From: Sphyrna mokarran
Lineage: Eukaryota
Length of the DNA stretch: 64,000 bases
NCBI GenBank assembly: GCA_024679065.1
Contig: JAGIQG010000002.1
Span: 96,038,001-96,102,000 of the forward strand
Direction of reading: 5' to 3'
Position numbers and translations under genes: made by a program. The notes below the pieces were generated by a model, which searched no databases, was not told where the DNA came from, and was given only the letters and a program-made list of their open reading frames with translations. Shown here piece by piece: positions 50,706 to 63,200 of the stretch. Position 1 is the stretch's first letter, and the number at the start of each line of letters is the position of its first letter.

Positions 50706-53700
50706 ATCGTCTTCGCCAGTGAGTTCTGTCGCTGGTTTGGAAAAAAACCGCAGTTACTCAATAACCACGAATAAGTAAAATGCTTTGGTTTCATATCGCC
50801 AACAAAAAGTGCCATGTTTTGTGTCAGGAATAGCAATGTTTTATAAAAGGAAATAACTAATGTTTTATAGACAAGTCTTTCTTTTTAATTAATACAACTT
50901 TGTAATTTTATTTGAAGAACAGAATGACTTCTATATTTTGCGAGCAAACACTGGAGCATGCATTGTTAACGTTCAGATTGGGATGTTATAAATGTAATAT
51001 TTCACATTAGATTTGCTCATTTTCATCTCCAAGAACGATCAAGTTCACGTTTAAATTAAATATGATCATTTTCAGATTTCCTTGCAGTATATCTGTGCTG
51101 CTGAATTATGATTTGAAAACATTGATGTAGGTCAGTACAATTCTACAGAAAATAATTGCAATTTGATCTACCCGGCAGTGTAATCCATGCATTGCAGATT
51201 GCGCTCTTTGTTAGTGATAAATATTTCATTATTATGCTAACATCGACTAAAGGGAACATGCTTCTTGGTGCATTTTGTAGATAGCTGATCTTATAATTCC
51301 CAATGAAAATCGAAATAAAAACGGACGGCGCCAAGTGATTTAGTAGACACGTTTTAAACCTATGTATTCTACCATGTGCAAGACAAAGAAATTACTTGAA
51401 AGCACAAGGCCTCGGTTATGATCATTGCATGGCGCCTAGGCGCGTAAATTTGTGTTGTTCTTCGAAACAGCGACCTCGGCGGAATGTAGTGGAAACGCTG
51501 CTCGGTCGGCGGCTCCTGCCTCTGCAGGAAACTAGACTAAACACAGAAAGCAGACCTGTCCCATTATATTGGCCGTTTAGAGGAGACAAACAGAAGCTTT
51601 AATTTAAGCAAAGCAAGTAAACAAACACCATGGTACTTTATTCTGTTGGTCTAGTTATTTGAGTTGAGCGGCCCAATTGGAATTTCACCATTTAAAATTT
51701 CTGAATCCAAATGATTGCACAACATAGACATTGCAACAGAATAGATTTTGTGCCATTTTGCGAATGCAGCATCAAATTAATTTCACACGAGATATACATG
51801 TTAACCTTATAATGGTAGACTTAACGTAACGGATTAACTGAGAGAATGCAGGGCTTTTTAAAATAGGAAATGCAATTCAATACAATTTTCCATGCCTCCA
51901 TGTAACCGTTTATTTTTAATGAAATAATCAACAAGCATTTGATTCAAATGAAATGTATGAAATCTTATACACAATATTAAATTACACCATTCCCTTTATT
52001 TGTTCTTTTCAGTGTAACTTCTGTTGTAGAAGCAAGCGGAGTTTTAAAAAAACAAATAACTTGATTTTTTTTTCTCTTCAGTGCAATACAAAATAATATC
52101 GTCTGAAAACTGTGCGCTGTTGTACACTCGAGCCATGATACTATCACGATATGACTGCACTGCCTGAAAACTATCTCCGGCATAGTTTAAAGATTTCTCA
52201 AAGCTAAAGCACAGTCAAGTTTGTGCTATTCAAAGCACCACTGCTGCTATTAGCCAGGCCCTCTATAAAATGCAATTCAGCTCAGCCTTTTAGCTTCACG
52301 GTTTTGCTTGCTTTCATTTTGCAGGGTGTAGACATACGATTCATTTTGTCAAGAAGTGGGAAACATTTCTTTAAATATTACATTTATGTGTAATTCCGTA
52401 ATGCATTTTATTTGGACGTCATTATTGAAAGAATAGCCTTTCTCAATTCAAATATACGTCAATTATGTGTAGGTACATACATTTCTTCCGTCTTTCCGAA
52501 CATCTAATGCTCAAAGTTTAAAATGTTTAGTTCAAAATCATTCTGCTTACATCTTCAGAAAAGTTTTTTTTTGTTTTCTTGTTGCTCGCAAAAGCTTTGC
52601 CAAGGCTAATTATTCTGTTAAAATAAAACAGAAACCACAGAAGAAATGTACTTTCATTCTTTAATATTAAATTAGAGATTATCTTCTATAAGCCTGTGCA
52701 TGCGGTCCGTTTGCACGGTTTTACATGAAGGATTTAATTTCCAACTGATGCGGATGAACTAAAACGTGTTTCAATCTTTCGTAAACAAGGAGCAGTCAAC
52801 ACAAGATTTGGTATTTGAGATTGCCGTCAGTCATGACTTCCCTGAAATTTAAACCTTTGAGTGTGGCCACGGGACCGGCTCGGTCAGTTTTGAAAGTTCT
52901 CTTGCAGATGTCTCCAAGATTTGGTTAGTCTGATTTTATGTTTTATTTTAAGTCTTTGCCAAATTATCTGTTATACGGCAATTACACTCGAAAATGATGA
53001 AAGCACTTTGAACACGTTGTCGTCATTGCACACTGCGTGCCCACAAATTGGCTTTGCAACTTCACACAGATGTTATCAGAACGGAAATAAAGGCGTCAGC
53101 CTTTATTCTAAATAATACAATGACAATTGCAAATAAAAAAATCACATATCGAATGTCGTTACTACCTTGAAATTTTTATCGCCCGATCTTACCCCAATTT
53201 ATTCATATTTTGAAACTTTTATTTGTGACATATTTTGTACAGTTTTTTTTCTGACTACAAGGTGTATTCAATGAATATCCCACATGGTTGGATAATTCCG
53301 GAAAGCATTAAACAAACTTTGGGAGTGGATGTGAGTACCATATTTTTGAAGGAATTTTAACTGCTGCATCAGTTGCAGAGATTAATAAAGGATTTGACGT
53401 TCCAAGCATAACTCTCAAGGAAAAATGACCGACTCCAAACAACACAAAAAGCATTCTCTCTTTATTCTATTTGCCTTGCTGCTGAGTGAAAATAGGAGAT
53501 CCCGCTATTCCAGCGTATGTCTTCAAATTAGAATGGAGGAATTATTGTATTTTTGTCGATTATCGAATAACCTTTTATGATGATACTAATTTCATTTGAG
53601 ATCTTTGGTGAATTGTATCCACGCGTGTAAAGCATTTTTTTTCTCTCTGTTTAGTTCTTACATTGCCTTGCCCGAATGCTGCAATTTGCAAAGATCATGC

Positions 53701-56149
53701 GAGCTTCCTGTGCCGAATTTCCAAACAAAAGTCTAAACCGGACAGCGCACTATAATTCGTAACTATCCTTTTTGGCGAAAACAATTAATCCAATTGAGAC
53801 TCAGAATCCACAGTGTTAATTGTGGCCAATTCGACTATATCATTTAAAATCATACATTTCGTACAAAACTACAAATTTTTAGGCATCGCAACAAGACGCG
53901 ATACATTCCAAGGTTGTGGATGAATTCTTTCAGGCGCTTAAATGGTGGGTTGTTTTGATATATTTTCCTAGCATAAATAGAGCTAAATTCCAATTATAGG
54001 AACCGCTCTTTAAAGCGAGGTACAATTTCAGAGCGCCTTAGATTCACCTTGCAAATACAGAATCAATATTTGAATTCTAATTCCAGGCCATCGGCACAGG
54101 AAAAACAGAAAGGTTTTCTTTCTAAGGCTCAACACTGGACTTGAATGGTTCTCAATTTTGCTCTAGACCTCAGCACTCCGCCTGTGTCGCTGTAATACTC
54201 CGCTGACCAGAAATTCAATGCTGGCTCACAGGCGACAGACTGAATCTTCCCTTTCCCGAGAGGAATGCACAGAAATCTAAAGAAAAATTGGGATAAAGAG
54301 AACCCAAACCTCGAGAAAGGGAAGTTTTATTTCAGTTAGCTGTACAGGTTTTCGACTGAGGGCTTATACAGCCAGCTGGTGGAAACGCAAGCGCCTCACG
54401 ACGACGCCAGCACTTTGGTTTAATGTGGGATCTGATAATTGTCTTTGTTTAATGGGTATTTCTATGTTATCTGATCCACGCAACAGCTCAGGTACTTCGC
54501 CATCATTTTGGAGATAGACCTTTTTTATTTTAGCCTGTTGCTAGCGTCGTGATGCGCCGTAGGTTTTTTTTAAATTAAGCTTGGTTGAAGCAGAAATGAA
54601 CAAAGTAGTTGCATATGTAGGTTGTAAAATAACAACAAAGAAATATAAAACAGGCATTAAAACACCAAGCCTCCTTTAAAAACCTAAGTCAGCCAGATAA
54701 CACATTACTGATTGCCTTCAAGGATTTAAGCGTTTCAAAAACTGGGATAAATTGCATTTGATTAAAATGACCATTGTCAATCTTCATTCGGAATCTGAAT
54801 TACTGCTAACATTAAATATGTTTCAGAGAGAGCAGCTCAAACTGAAACACTACCCAATGTAACATTGTCAAAAGGTCCTGTGAAACCCCTGAAATTATAT
54901 AAACAAACGCACGGGAGCTTAAATATTTTACGTCAAATGAAACATTTCACATTAAAATAGCATTGGTAAATTATGCTGACTGAAAAATGTCAACAAAATA
55001 CATCATTAGCCTATTTATGGGTCGTTTCAACATTTTAAAAATTATTTTTATATAAAAATACTTTAGAAATGCATTTACTTTGAAACTGTACTGTGATAAA
55101 CCACGGTGTTGGCATTCTAAACTCACATCTTGCCTGTTAATTTTATTATAGCTAAGTAAAATCACCCATTCGCTGTACATATTTATATCCAGTGTGCGTG
55201 TGGGAAAGAGGCCTACTAAGTTTTTAGGACACAGTAATTGGTTGCACATATAATGTTTAATAGGCCGATAACACTGTAATAAGGATGTCTTCTTACTCCA
55301 TTGAAATACGACTCTTACGTTTTACATCTGTTTATATATCTAACTGTTTGCTTTTATTTGCTATTGAAAGGAATGTATCTTAACCATCTAACAGATTGAG
55401 TTTCCGAATACCGTCGGTGCGGGGAAGCTTTTCCACCAACTCGCCACAGAATCCGCCAGCGAGTGACGGATATAAAAACAAGTACTCTAATCCGAAGAGA
55501 AAGACGGTAGAATTGTCCGATCTCCTAAGAATTGCATTTTTCCGCGCGAATCTGTCAACTTAAATAGCGCGTTGAATGCGGAAGTTGCACTTTGTTATGG
55601 TTTATTGGAGGTAAAGGGCCTTTTTGGAATGGCTCTAGTTTGTTAACGTGTAGTTTTATTGCTGAGACTGTTATAAAACGGAGATTGCCACCGTGTGTTT
55701 TATGTGCGCCCCATTTTCGAAAATAAAAAAATCTCTACCAGATGCAGGTACACCCGGCCACTTTTCAGAGGTACGCTTTAAAAGTTCGTTAACGATTTTT
55801 ATTTGTCAAGAATGCGTTTTTAATTTTACTAAACATGAATAATAAATACCTGTCCAATCTCTTCCTTCGTTGTTTTTTCCCCTGCAGTTTATAGTTTCAC
55901 TCTTTCCATAATCTTTTATGTGAAGGTTAACGATTATAAGGTGTTCGTTAAAAAAAACGAGCATCTGATGGGAAGATTGATTATGATATAAAATAGTCCC
56001 CTAAAAAAGAACTGCAACGGAATACTTTTTACATCTCAGCTGGCAACAAAGAAATCAACTTCCATATATAGAGGTGATTATATCCCTTTGCATAAAAAAA
56101 CATACGGAGTTGCTATATAAAATTATCTCTATAAAAGATTGACCCTGTT

Positions 56150-56300
56150 ACAAGCTGCGGATTGATTTATATTTTATTGTTGTTTTTGAATCACGTGAGT
56201 AACTGATCCAATGGCGTGAAAGTGCGTCTGCACCATATTAGCAGAGTGTACTTGTCGCGGCGGTAAGTTGTTACACTGAAATCTGCTCTTTCATATTTTC
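56150..56300 (+). promoter_or_regulatory. HoxA9 proximal promoter / 5' leader
   Basis: TGATTTAT (Pbx-Hox-like), E-box TCACGTGA (56191-98), CCAAT (56208-12) and an AGTTGTTACA leader motif. Confidence 0.7.
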
Positions 56301-56328
56301 AGAGGCGCTTGCTGTGTCATTGGCGAGA

Positions 56329-56869
56329 ATGTCGACATCAGGGACTATCAGCAATTATTATGTCGACTCCCTTATAATGCATGAGAACGATGATCTGCTG
56401 TCGTCCAGATATGCCTCGGGTCCACTGGCTCAGTCCTCCAGGCAGGCAGCCCTGGCTGAGCACCCAGACTTCACCCCATGCAACTTCCAGTCCAAAGCCA
56501 CAGTGTTCAGCACCTCCTGGAGCCCGGTTCATGCTCAGAGCTCTGCCAATATGCCCACTGTTTATCATCCATACATGCACCAGGCTCCCATTGCCGCCGC
56601 ACCCGATGGTAGGTACATGCGTTCCTGGCTAGATCCCATGCCGGGGACCCTGTCTTTCACCGGGTTACCTTCCAGTAGACACTACGGCATCAAGCCCGAG
56701 CCTGTAGCTGCCCGCAGGAGTGACTGCACCACGTTTGAAACACACACGCTAGCCCTCTCAGAATATACTTGTGGAACTTCTCCTGGAGACAAACGTATGA
56801 GTGAGGTGTCCTTTTCAGAAAATAATGGAGAGGTTGAATCTAACGCAGATAAGCTGCACATGGATCCAA
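56329..56869 (+). CDS. HoxA9: Homeobox protein HoxA9, exon 1
   Basis: MSTSGTISNYYVDSLI..FTPCNFQSKATVFSTSWSPVH..APDGRYMRSWL..RHYGIKPEP. Phase-1 donor A|GTAAGT at 56870. Confidence 0.97.
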
Positions 56870-57505
56870 GTAAGTGTGAAAACCCCACGTTTTTGTATTA
56901 CCTTTCGAAATAAGGATTATGAATTCAAACTGTTTTATATCCGTTCCATTGTCTGCGTTACATAGCGAAATACAAATGCCGAGATCTGTATTCAGTTTTG
57001 CGTTTTTTTTAAGATTACACAGTACTTTTGAGAAATGTGCTTAAGGTTTATGCTGTACATTTCCAGCACTGCAATGACTATCAATCGGGTATATGCTAAA
57101 CTTTCCATTCATTATGGAAAAAAGGGAAGATTGTGTAATTGCTCACCCTGCAATTCAAGTGTATTTGTTTCAAATAAATATGATGGCGATAAGACTCGTG
57201 GATACACAAATAATGCACACAATATGCAATACAGGCAGACCACATATTGCTTTGGATTGCACATGTCCGATTTACAGATCGCCACAATATCAGATATTTT
57301 CGAACTCATTTTCATTGCCCTATTCATAGAGTTGGGTATAAGAGTGGAAACACACATAAAAGTATAGCAACCAACTTCATTAATCCAGTGCTGCATCATC
57401 CATCCTCTTTTATCTGTAACGGTGTTTTGATTCTGAGAATGTTACAACATTTTGTTTAGCTTGCAGAGGGGAATTATATTAAATGTGTTTCCTTCACAAT
57501 TCCAG

Positions 57506-57747
57506 ATAACCCATCCGCCAATTGGTTGCATGCAAGGTCTACCAGAAAAAAACGCTGCCCTTACACCAAACATCAGACCCTGGAGCTGGAAAAGGAATTC
57601 TTGTTTAATATGTACCTCACAAGAGACCGCAGATATGAGGTCGCCAGGGTCCTTAATCTTACCGAACGGCAAGTTAAAATCTGGTTTCAGAACAGGAGGA
57701 TGAAGATGAAAAAAATCAACAAGGAACGACCTAAAGATGACCGGTGA
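57506..57747 (+). CDS. HoxA9: Homeobox protein HoxA9, exon 2 (260 aa spliced product)
   Basis: Acceptor TTCCAG| followed by [80 protein letters not shown]. The exons total 541+242=783 nt. Confidence 0.98.
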
Positions 57748-57987
57748 CACATGAGTTAGAATATTTCTGAGAGAAAAAAAAGACTAATTCACAATTACAA
57801 TCGAAATAGGCCCTTATTCAGAAAGACTATTATGTACATTTTGTCATGCCATTAGCACAAATTATTCCTTTGCCAGTTCTGGAGTGCATTTGGTGGGTAA
57901 AACGACTGATACACTTGTTAGTTGGGAACCAAAGAGGGAGACATTTACGGCAAGGTTAAGTATGTGGCTACGAAATCTACCTTACTT

Positions 57988-58619
57988 TACATGAAAACTA
58001 CCTTTTCTTAATCCACCGCAACTCAGTGTGGACTGTAATTCAGTAATACTGTACTAGTTTAAGATTTACTTGTTTTACATGCAGCAAACCAAGCTGTCTA
58101 TATACTTGAATCCTTGTGTCTATTGTTGTGATTATCTCTGTGACTGGGCCTTTGTGCTTGGGCGGTGTCCGAGTAAAGATCGTGTAAACAAACAAAAGAA
58201 AAATCTCAATTTAACTCAGGATGTTTAATATAAAGATAACAGGCTGTGTAGTGCATATGAAATGTTATTTTCGTGGTGAACTTGGAACATATACTGTATT
58301 ATTTTCACTGTGAATGAACCTGTAGAAACTCCAGGCTTTATGCTGTCCTTTGTGAGACTGAGTAACGGCCTTGCCCGGGGTGCATGACGATTGTGTTGTC
58401 CTTCAGAAATTATATGAAACTGATTTGCATAGAATGCTAATATAAGTTGTATTTCAAAGAGCAGCGCTGAGCATGCTGCTACACGATACTCTTGTCTGTT
58501 GTGGAAAATAAAAGCACGAATAAAGTTCTCAGACACTTTGTATTTATCGGTGTTGTGGTGCAAAGAAAAGTGTAAAATTTGGTTTAAAACTACCTATATG
58601 TATAACTAGTAACTACCTA
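57988..58619 (+). promoter_or_regulatory. Three miR-196 seed matches in the HoxA9 3'UTR
   Basis: ACTACCT at 57997-58003 (preceded by ACATGAAA, allowing extended pairing), and 8mers ACTACCTA at 58589-96 and 58612-19. Confidence 0.75.
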
Positions 58620-58898
58620 TGTTTTGTGTGTAACTGTCACCCTTAAAAATTGTTTTGACGCATTTATGCGATGGAATAAATAAACAATATTGTCAATAAA
58701 TGTAATGTGTACAAGGAAAAAATCTGGGTGCAATAGAAGGAACATATACCACTAATGTGTTTTAAATGGAAGTTATCTTTAGACCTGTAGAGCTAACACA
58801 TTTACACTTGTGTACACGTTTGAAATGATTACCTCGTGTCATATTGACCAAACTATACTGTTTGTAATGAAATGTCATTTTATTTGTTGTCTAATAAA
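58507..58898 (+). terminator. Candidate HoxA9 polyadenylation signals (proximal and distal groups)
   Basis: AATAAA at 58507 and 58519, followed by GT-rich sequence (58539-60). Further AATAAA at 58675, 58679, 58695 and 58893. Confidence 0.5.
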
Positions 58899-60263
58899 AT
58901 ATATGTTTGACTACATATAAACTATGCTCTCTGTCTCTGAATCTCAATGTCTGGAACTCCATGATTACATTCGTATTTCACCATCACTGTTGGATATTCT
59001 AAATTCACTCGTACTGAGCGGAAATATATTCACAATATAAGCAAGCTCCGCTTATCGCATTGTAAATACTGTACGCGAATTAACTTTCAGGCGAACAGCA
59101 GAGTTAATGAAATAAAGTTTGCCACATTTATGTAAATAATGCTGTGCCTTTACTCACATTAACAGAATGTCGCCAATATCAATCCCAACTAATTTGCAAC
59201 ACTTTGCCGATGTTGCTGAAAATCCACTTTTGGATTTTACCCCAAGTTCTGACATTGAAAACGCAGCTCAAAGTTTAGATACTCCTTAATAAATAAAGTT
59301 TGGATTTTCCTTTATAAATACAGCAACGAATGTTATCATCACAGCTGACATGACATGACTTAATAGGGGTAACTAAAATTAGAATGAGATTGGGGTTTCT
59401 GAAAAAAGGGGAAGAAAATAGAAAGTGCGATCGTACAACGTTGGCTGGGAAGCGGATCTGATGACAAAGATCCTGCATGCGTTTGAGCTTAACGCGCAGT
59501 TATCACCAATTAACCCGAGAACGTGCAAAAAAAACTGTGCATTAACAACTTTTATCTGTGGCCTGGCCATGCGCCAAGGCCGTTGGTTATTTATATGATT
59601 TGTTATGTGCGACTTATCCAAGTAATGCAGCATTCAGCTGGAAGTGGAAATGAATAATCTTGAGGTGCTTGTCCGTGTGAAGATCTCCAAATGTTTTGGG
59701 ATTTCATCGCATTATAAAGAGGTAAATAATTCGAAACATTCGCAATGGCACAGCTCCCTGCCGCCATTTCTTTAACTAGTCAACACAAAGAGGTCGGATC
59801 CTTAGGAAGTAATGTATATTAGTCTAAGGCGCCCTACCGCTAACAAAAAAAGTTGTGTACGACTTGGCTATTTATGCAACTTCCTTTCCAACTGTAAGAT
59901 CCCTAGTAACTTTTTTAAGGCTCCGAAGACAGTTTGGATAGATTTAGTGGAATGCAACTGATTTGGAAACTGGGCAGAGAGGCCCATGTAGTTTGAAGTC
60001 TTGGCAGTGGCTGTCGTTAGTAAAATCCAGAGTGGTGTACCGCAATAAAAGAAAATGACTGCTGTAAGCGTTTATGGGGTGTAAAACGCTGGAGGTTAAG
60101 GGGCGAAGTGCATAAACACGACACTGAGTATTCTTCAGTATCTGGCAGCAAACACTCGCATAGGGTTACAGTCATTATTTTTTATTATTAGGCTATGAAA
60201 CAGTTGTTAAATTGAACTTCTATTTTTAATTTTTTAGTGTTCAGTCTGAAGGGTTATAATGTT

Positions 60264-60282
60264 GTGACGCCCTCTGTTGTTG
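60264..60282 (-). promoter_or_regulatory. CTCF motif 3' of HoxA9 (HoxA9|HoxA7 interval)
   Basis: The - strand reads CAACAACAGAGGGCGTCAC, matching the CTCF core (..CAGAGGGCG..). It has the same orientation as the 22258 and 40115 motifs. Confidence 0.55.
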
Positions 60283-63200
60283 CAGATGGAACTTCAAAGG
60301 CTAAACGGGGAGACTTGCAATAAAATGAAGGGTCTGGCAAGCCGTCTGGAATTCGGGTTTTAATGAGTTTACAACTGTCCAGCTACAATCAGTATTTTTC
60401 CAGAGAAGGCGATCCATTTGTTTTGTCTGGCTGCCCAGACAAAAGGGTCTGCGGAAATAACGACCTTTATTAGTCTCGTCCTTAACGTGGGCCCTTCAAA
60501 TATCTCTTTACTAATTTATTGCGTCTAGTGGAAAGGTAATAGATCTTTAGTTATTTTGAAACGTGGTTTGGCGCGCTTTGAAATTAAGCTTGATAGTCAT
60601 AAGAAAAAGAAGTGTCAAAATAGATATAGGCATCAGTTTCCGGACAGTTAGAAAAAAGGGTTTTGTGCGTTCTGACAGCGATTTCTTGGTTGCAGTTTTC
60701 ACTCAGGGTCAGGAGATGGCAGTGTTGAACCACAGAAGAATTCAAAAAGAGTGCCGCCAAGCTGCCAAAAAGTGCAATAACTGCTATAAACTGGGATTTA
60801 TTTGTACAGTAGGTTGTAAATAGGCTGAAAACACCTACCACAAATGACACTTGTAAAAATGGACTGAGGTCGATGGAGTTTATTTATTTTGAATCCATCA
60901 ACTCATTTGTGGACAGATTAATTCCGCATGACACGGGGTTTAGAAATCCATTTATACTCCAGTGTTTTATTTTTAATGCACAAAACACGATTTAAATTGA
61001 TTATCTCCATCTTCGTTCCCCATTCCACTCAATTGTTTGCAACAGGGGATAGCGATTAGAAGTTGAGTATGTGAAAGAGAAGTGACGTGAGCAATTTTAT
61101 ATCTATCCGCACATAAAACAGCATATAACATATACAACTAGTGCATGAACGCGCATCCACACTCATGAACACACATCCATTCATCCAACTATATATACAG
61201 GCATACATGTGCAATCGTATACCTAAATCTATTTGCCCGCACTCTTGTTATCCTGAAATACCGGTTGGAGACCTGTGTGAGTCAAATGTTAAATGTGACG
61301 TATCTTGAAGTAGAAACATAGTTTTATACTGTGAATTTTTCTGTATATTTTTGATTAGGCTTCATATTGATGTAATTTATAAAAATAAATCTATTGATGG
61401 AGTAAGTAGCGTTATGAATGGCGTATAGTGAAATATTCGTTTGATGAAAAGTTCTGAATAGTAACTTTTAGAAATTTCATCAAGTCGCTAATAACTTAGG
61501 CACAGTTGTAATGTAACAAAGAGGTCAGTTTAAAGGATGCTTGTATATTTTTGTTAAACCATGCTCACATTATCTTTTCACATTGAGTCAAACTACGGCA
61601 CACATACTGAACTGTACACATCTTTCAATGGGAACTTCTTGTAAAAGTGGCCCCATATTGGGCTTGGCATGAATGAAAGCGTCGGTCAAATCCAAAGAAT
61701 GTTTTGCTTGGTTGAATGCCTCCTGATTTATTTATATAAAATCAGCTAACGCTTTCTCATACATGCGAAGTCCAAACCGCGTTGCAGCTTTTTAAAAATT
61801 GCATAATAGTGTATACCTTCTGAAACGAAAACTGGGGAGTCCTTCGCGTTATTATAACGTGGCGTATGGAGTTAGATCATTAATGCACTTGCCATCTTGT
61901 GAATGATAACGATAAATTTCGTGATATATGATACAAAACAATGATATACGAATTCATTAGTCTACATAACCAAACTTCAGTGCAACGTACACAATTTTAT
62001 TTCCAATGCAGCTCTGAATATAGAAAATCAGTATATTTCTTGTCACAGTGTAGAATTAAGCCCGAATTTAGCTAGAACCTAAGAAGATTCTATTTCCTGC
62101 ATAGAAGGAATTGGGAGCATTTACAGCCAGATAATAGATTCGGAACCATAGCAAATGACGTGTAACGAAATCGAGATATATGTATTTGAAAGGAATGATG
62201 CTGACAGGAATGATGTAGATTATTATGCAGTGGCAATTCAAATATGTGCTCGCTGAGCACTGTGTTATTTTCTCGATTGAAATGTAGGAATCCCGACCGC
62301 AAATTAAGATTATCTGTTGCTACGCCACATAATTTTAATGGTTCACATGTGTTCGCAAGCAATTTAAAATAACAATATAGCAATCTGCTCTAAATACATC
62401 GGGAAAAAAAAGATATACAGCAGCATCCAGAAATACAGAAGAGGCTCTGATTTCTGAACTTTAGGAAACTGTCGTTATAATTTAAATTTCTGTTAACATA
62501 ATGCTGTAAGGCAACTGGTGTTTATTTGTAATCTATCTCTCTATCTGTCTATCTCTCTATGATTCTATGCTTTTTGATAATTGCATATTCACCAGATTAA
62601 TTATCTTTATTTTAGTGCTCTTCCAGTAAACATCATTTGAAACTGCACTGTTTATAAATAGTTTACAGTCTAACAATATGATTCAATTGTGTTTTGTTAC
62701 AAAAACATGCGGTAACATTTGAAGTTCGAACCATAATTATTTACTAATTCATGCTAAAATGTTTTCCTTTTACTTAGGTTTCTGTACTTTCTCCAGCCAA
62801 GCTGGTTATGCAATGTTATCTGCATATTCTTCTGTAATAAAAGTAAATAAATATTTGGGGTAGTTTTTTAACAAACCTTGTGCATTAGTATAGGCGCTTG
62901 GTTGATAAAATCTTTCTAATGTAACAATGGAACACACGAGTAATTGAAATGTTCAATATGCGGTTATAATATATTTTATTTACATACGTGTGAAACTGGC
63001 ACCGTGCAGTCGCAATGCCCCTGACTAACAATGTGGGGAGCCTTAAGGCCATTAGAAATGGTGAAATAAAGAACAAATTAAAACAGAAAAAAATCAATTT
63101 CCTCAGACATCTATTTCAAATATTAGGAAAATGAAATTTTGCATGTCCGGCGGAAATCTGAGATCAAACATTTGACTTAAATTAGCAGTTAACTTAGCAT

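Noticed and set aside
33077-57750. Antisense and alternative-frame ORFs overlapping Hox exons (e.g. 33077-33397, 46686-47003, 56338-56580, 57442-57750)
   Set aside because: These are expected shadows of GC-richer coding sequence, with no recognisable domains.
58568-58592. AAAATTTGGTTTAAAAC reading KIWFK in the HoxA9 3'UTR
   Set aside because: It is an isolated AT-rich match with no upstream homeobox similarity, and the segment is better explained by the overlapping miR-196 site.
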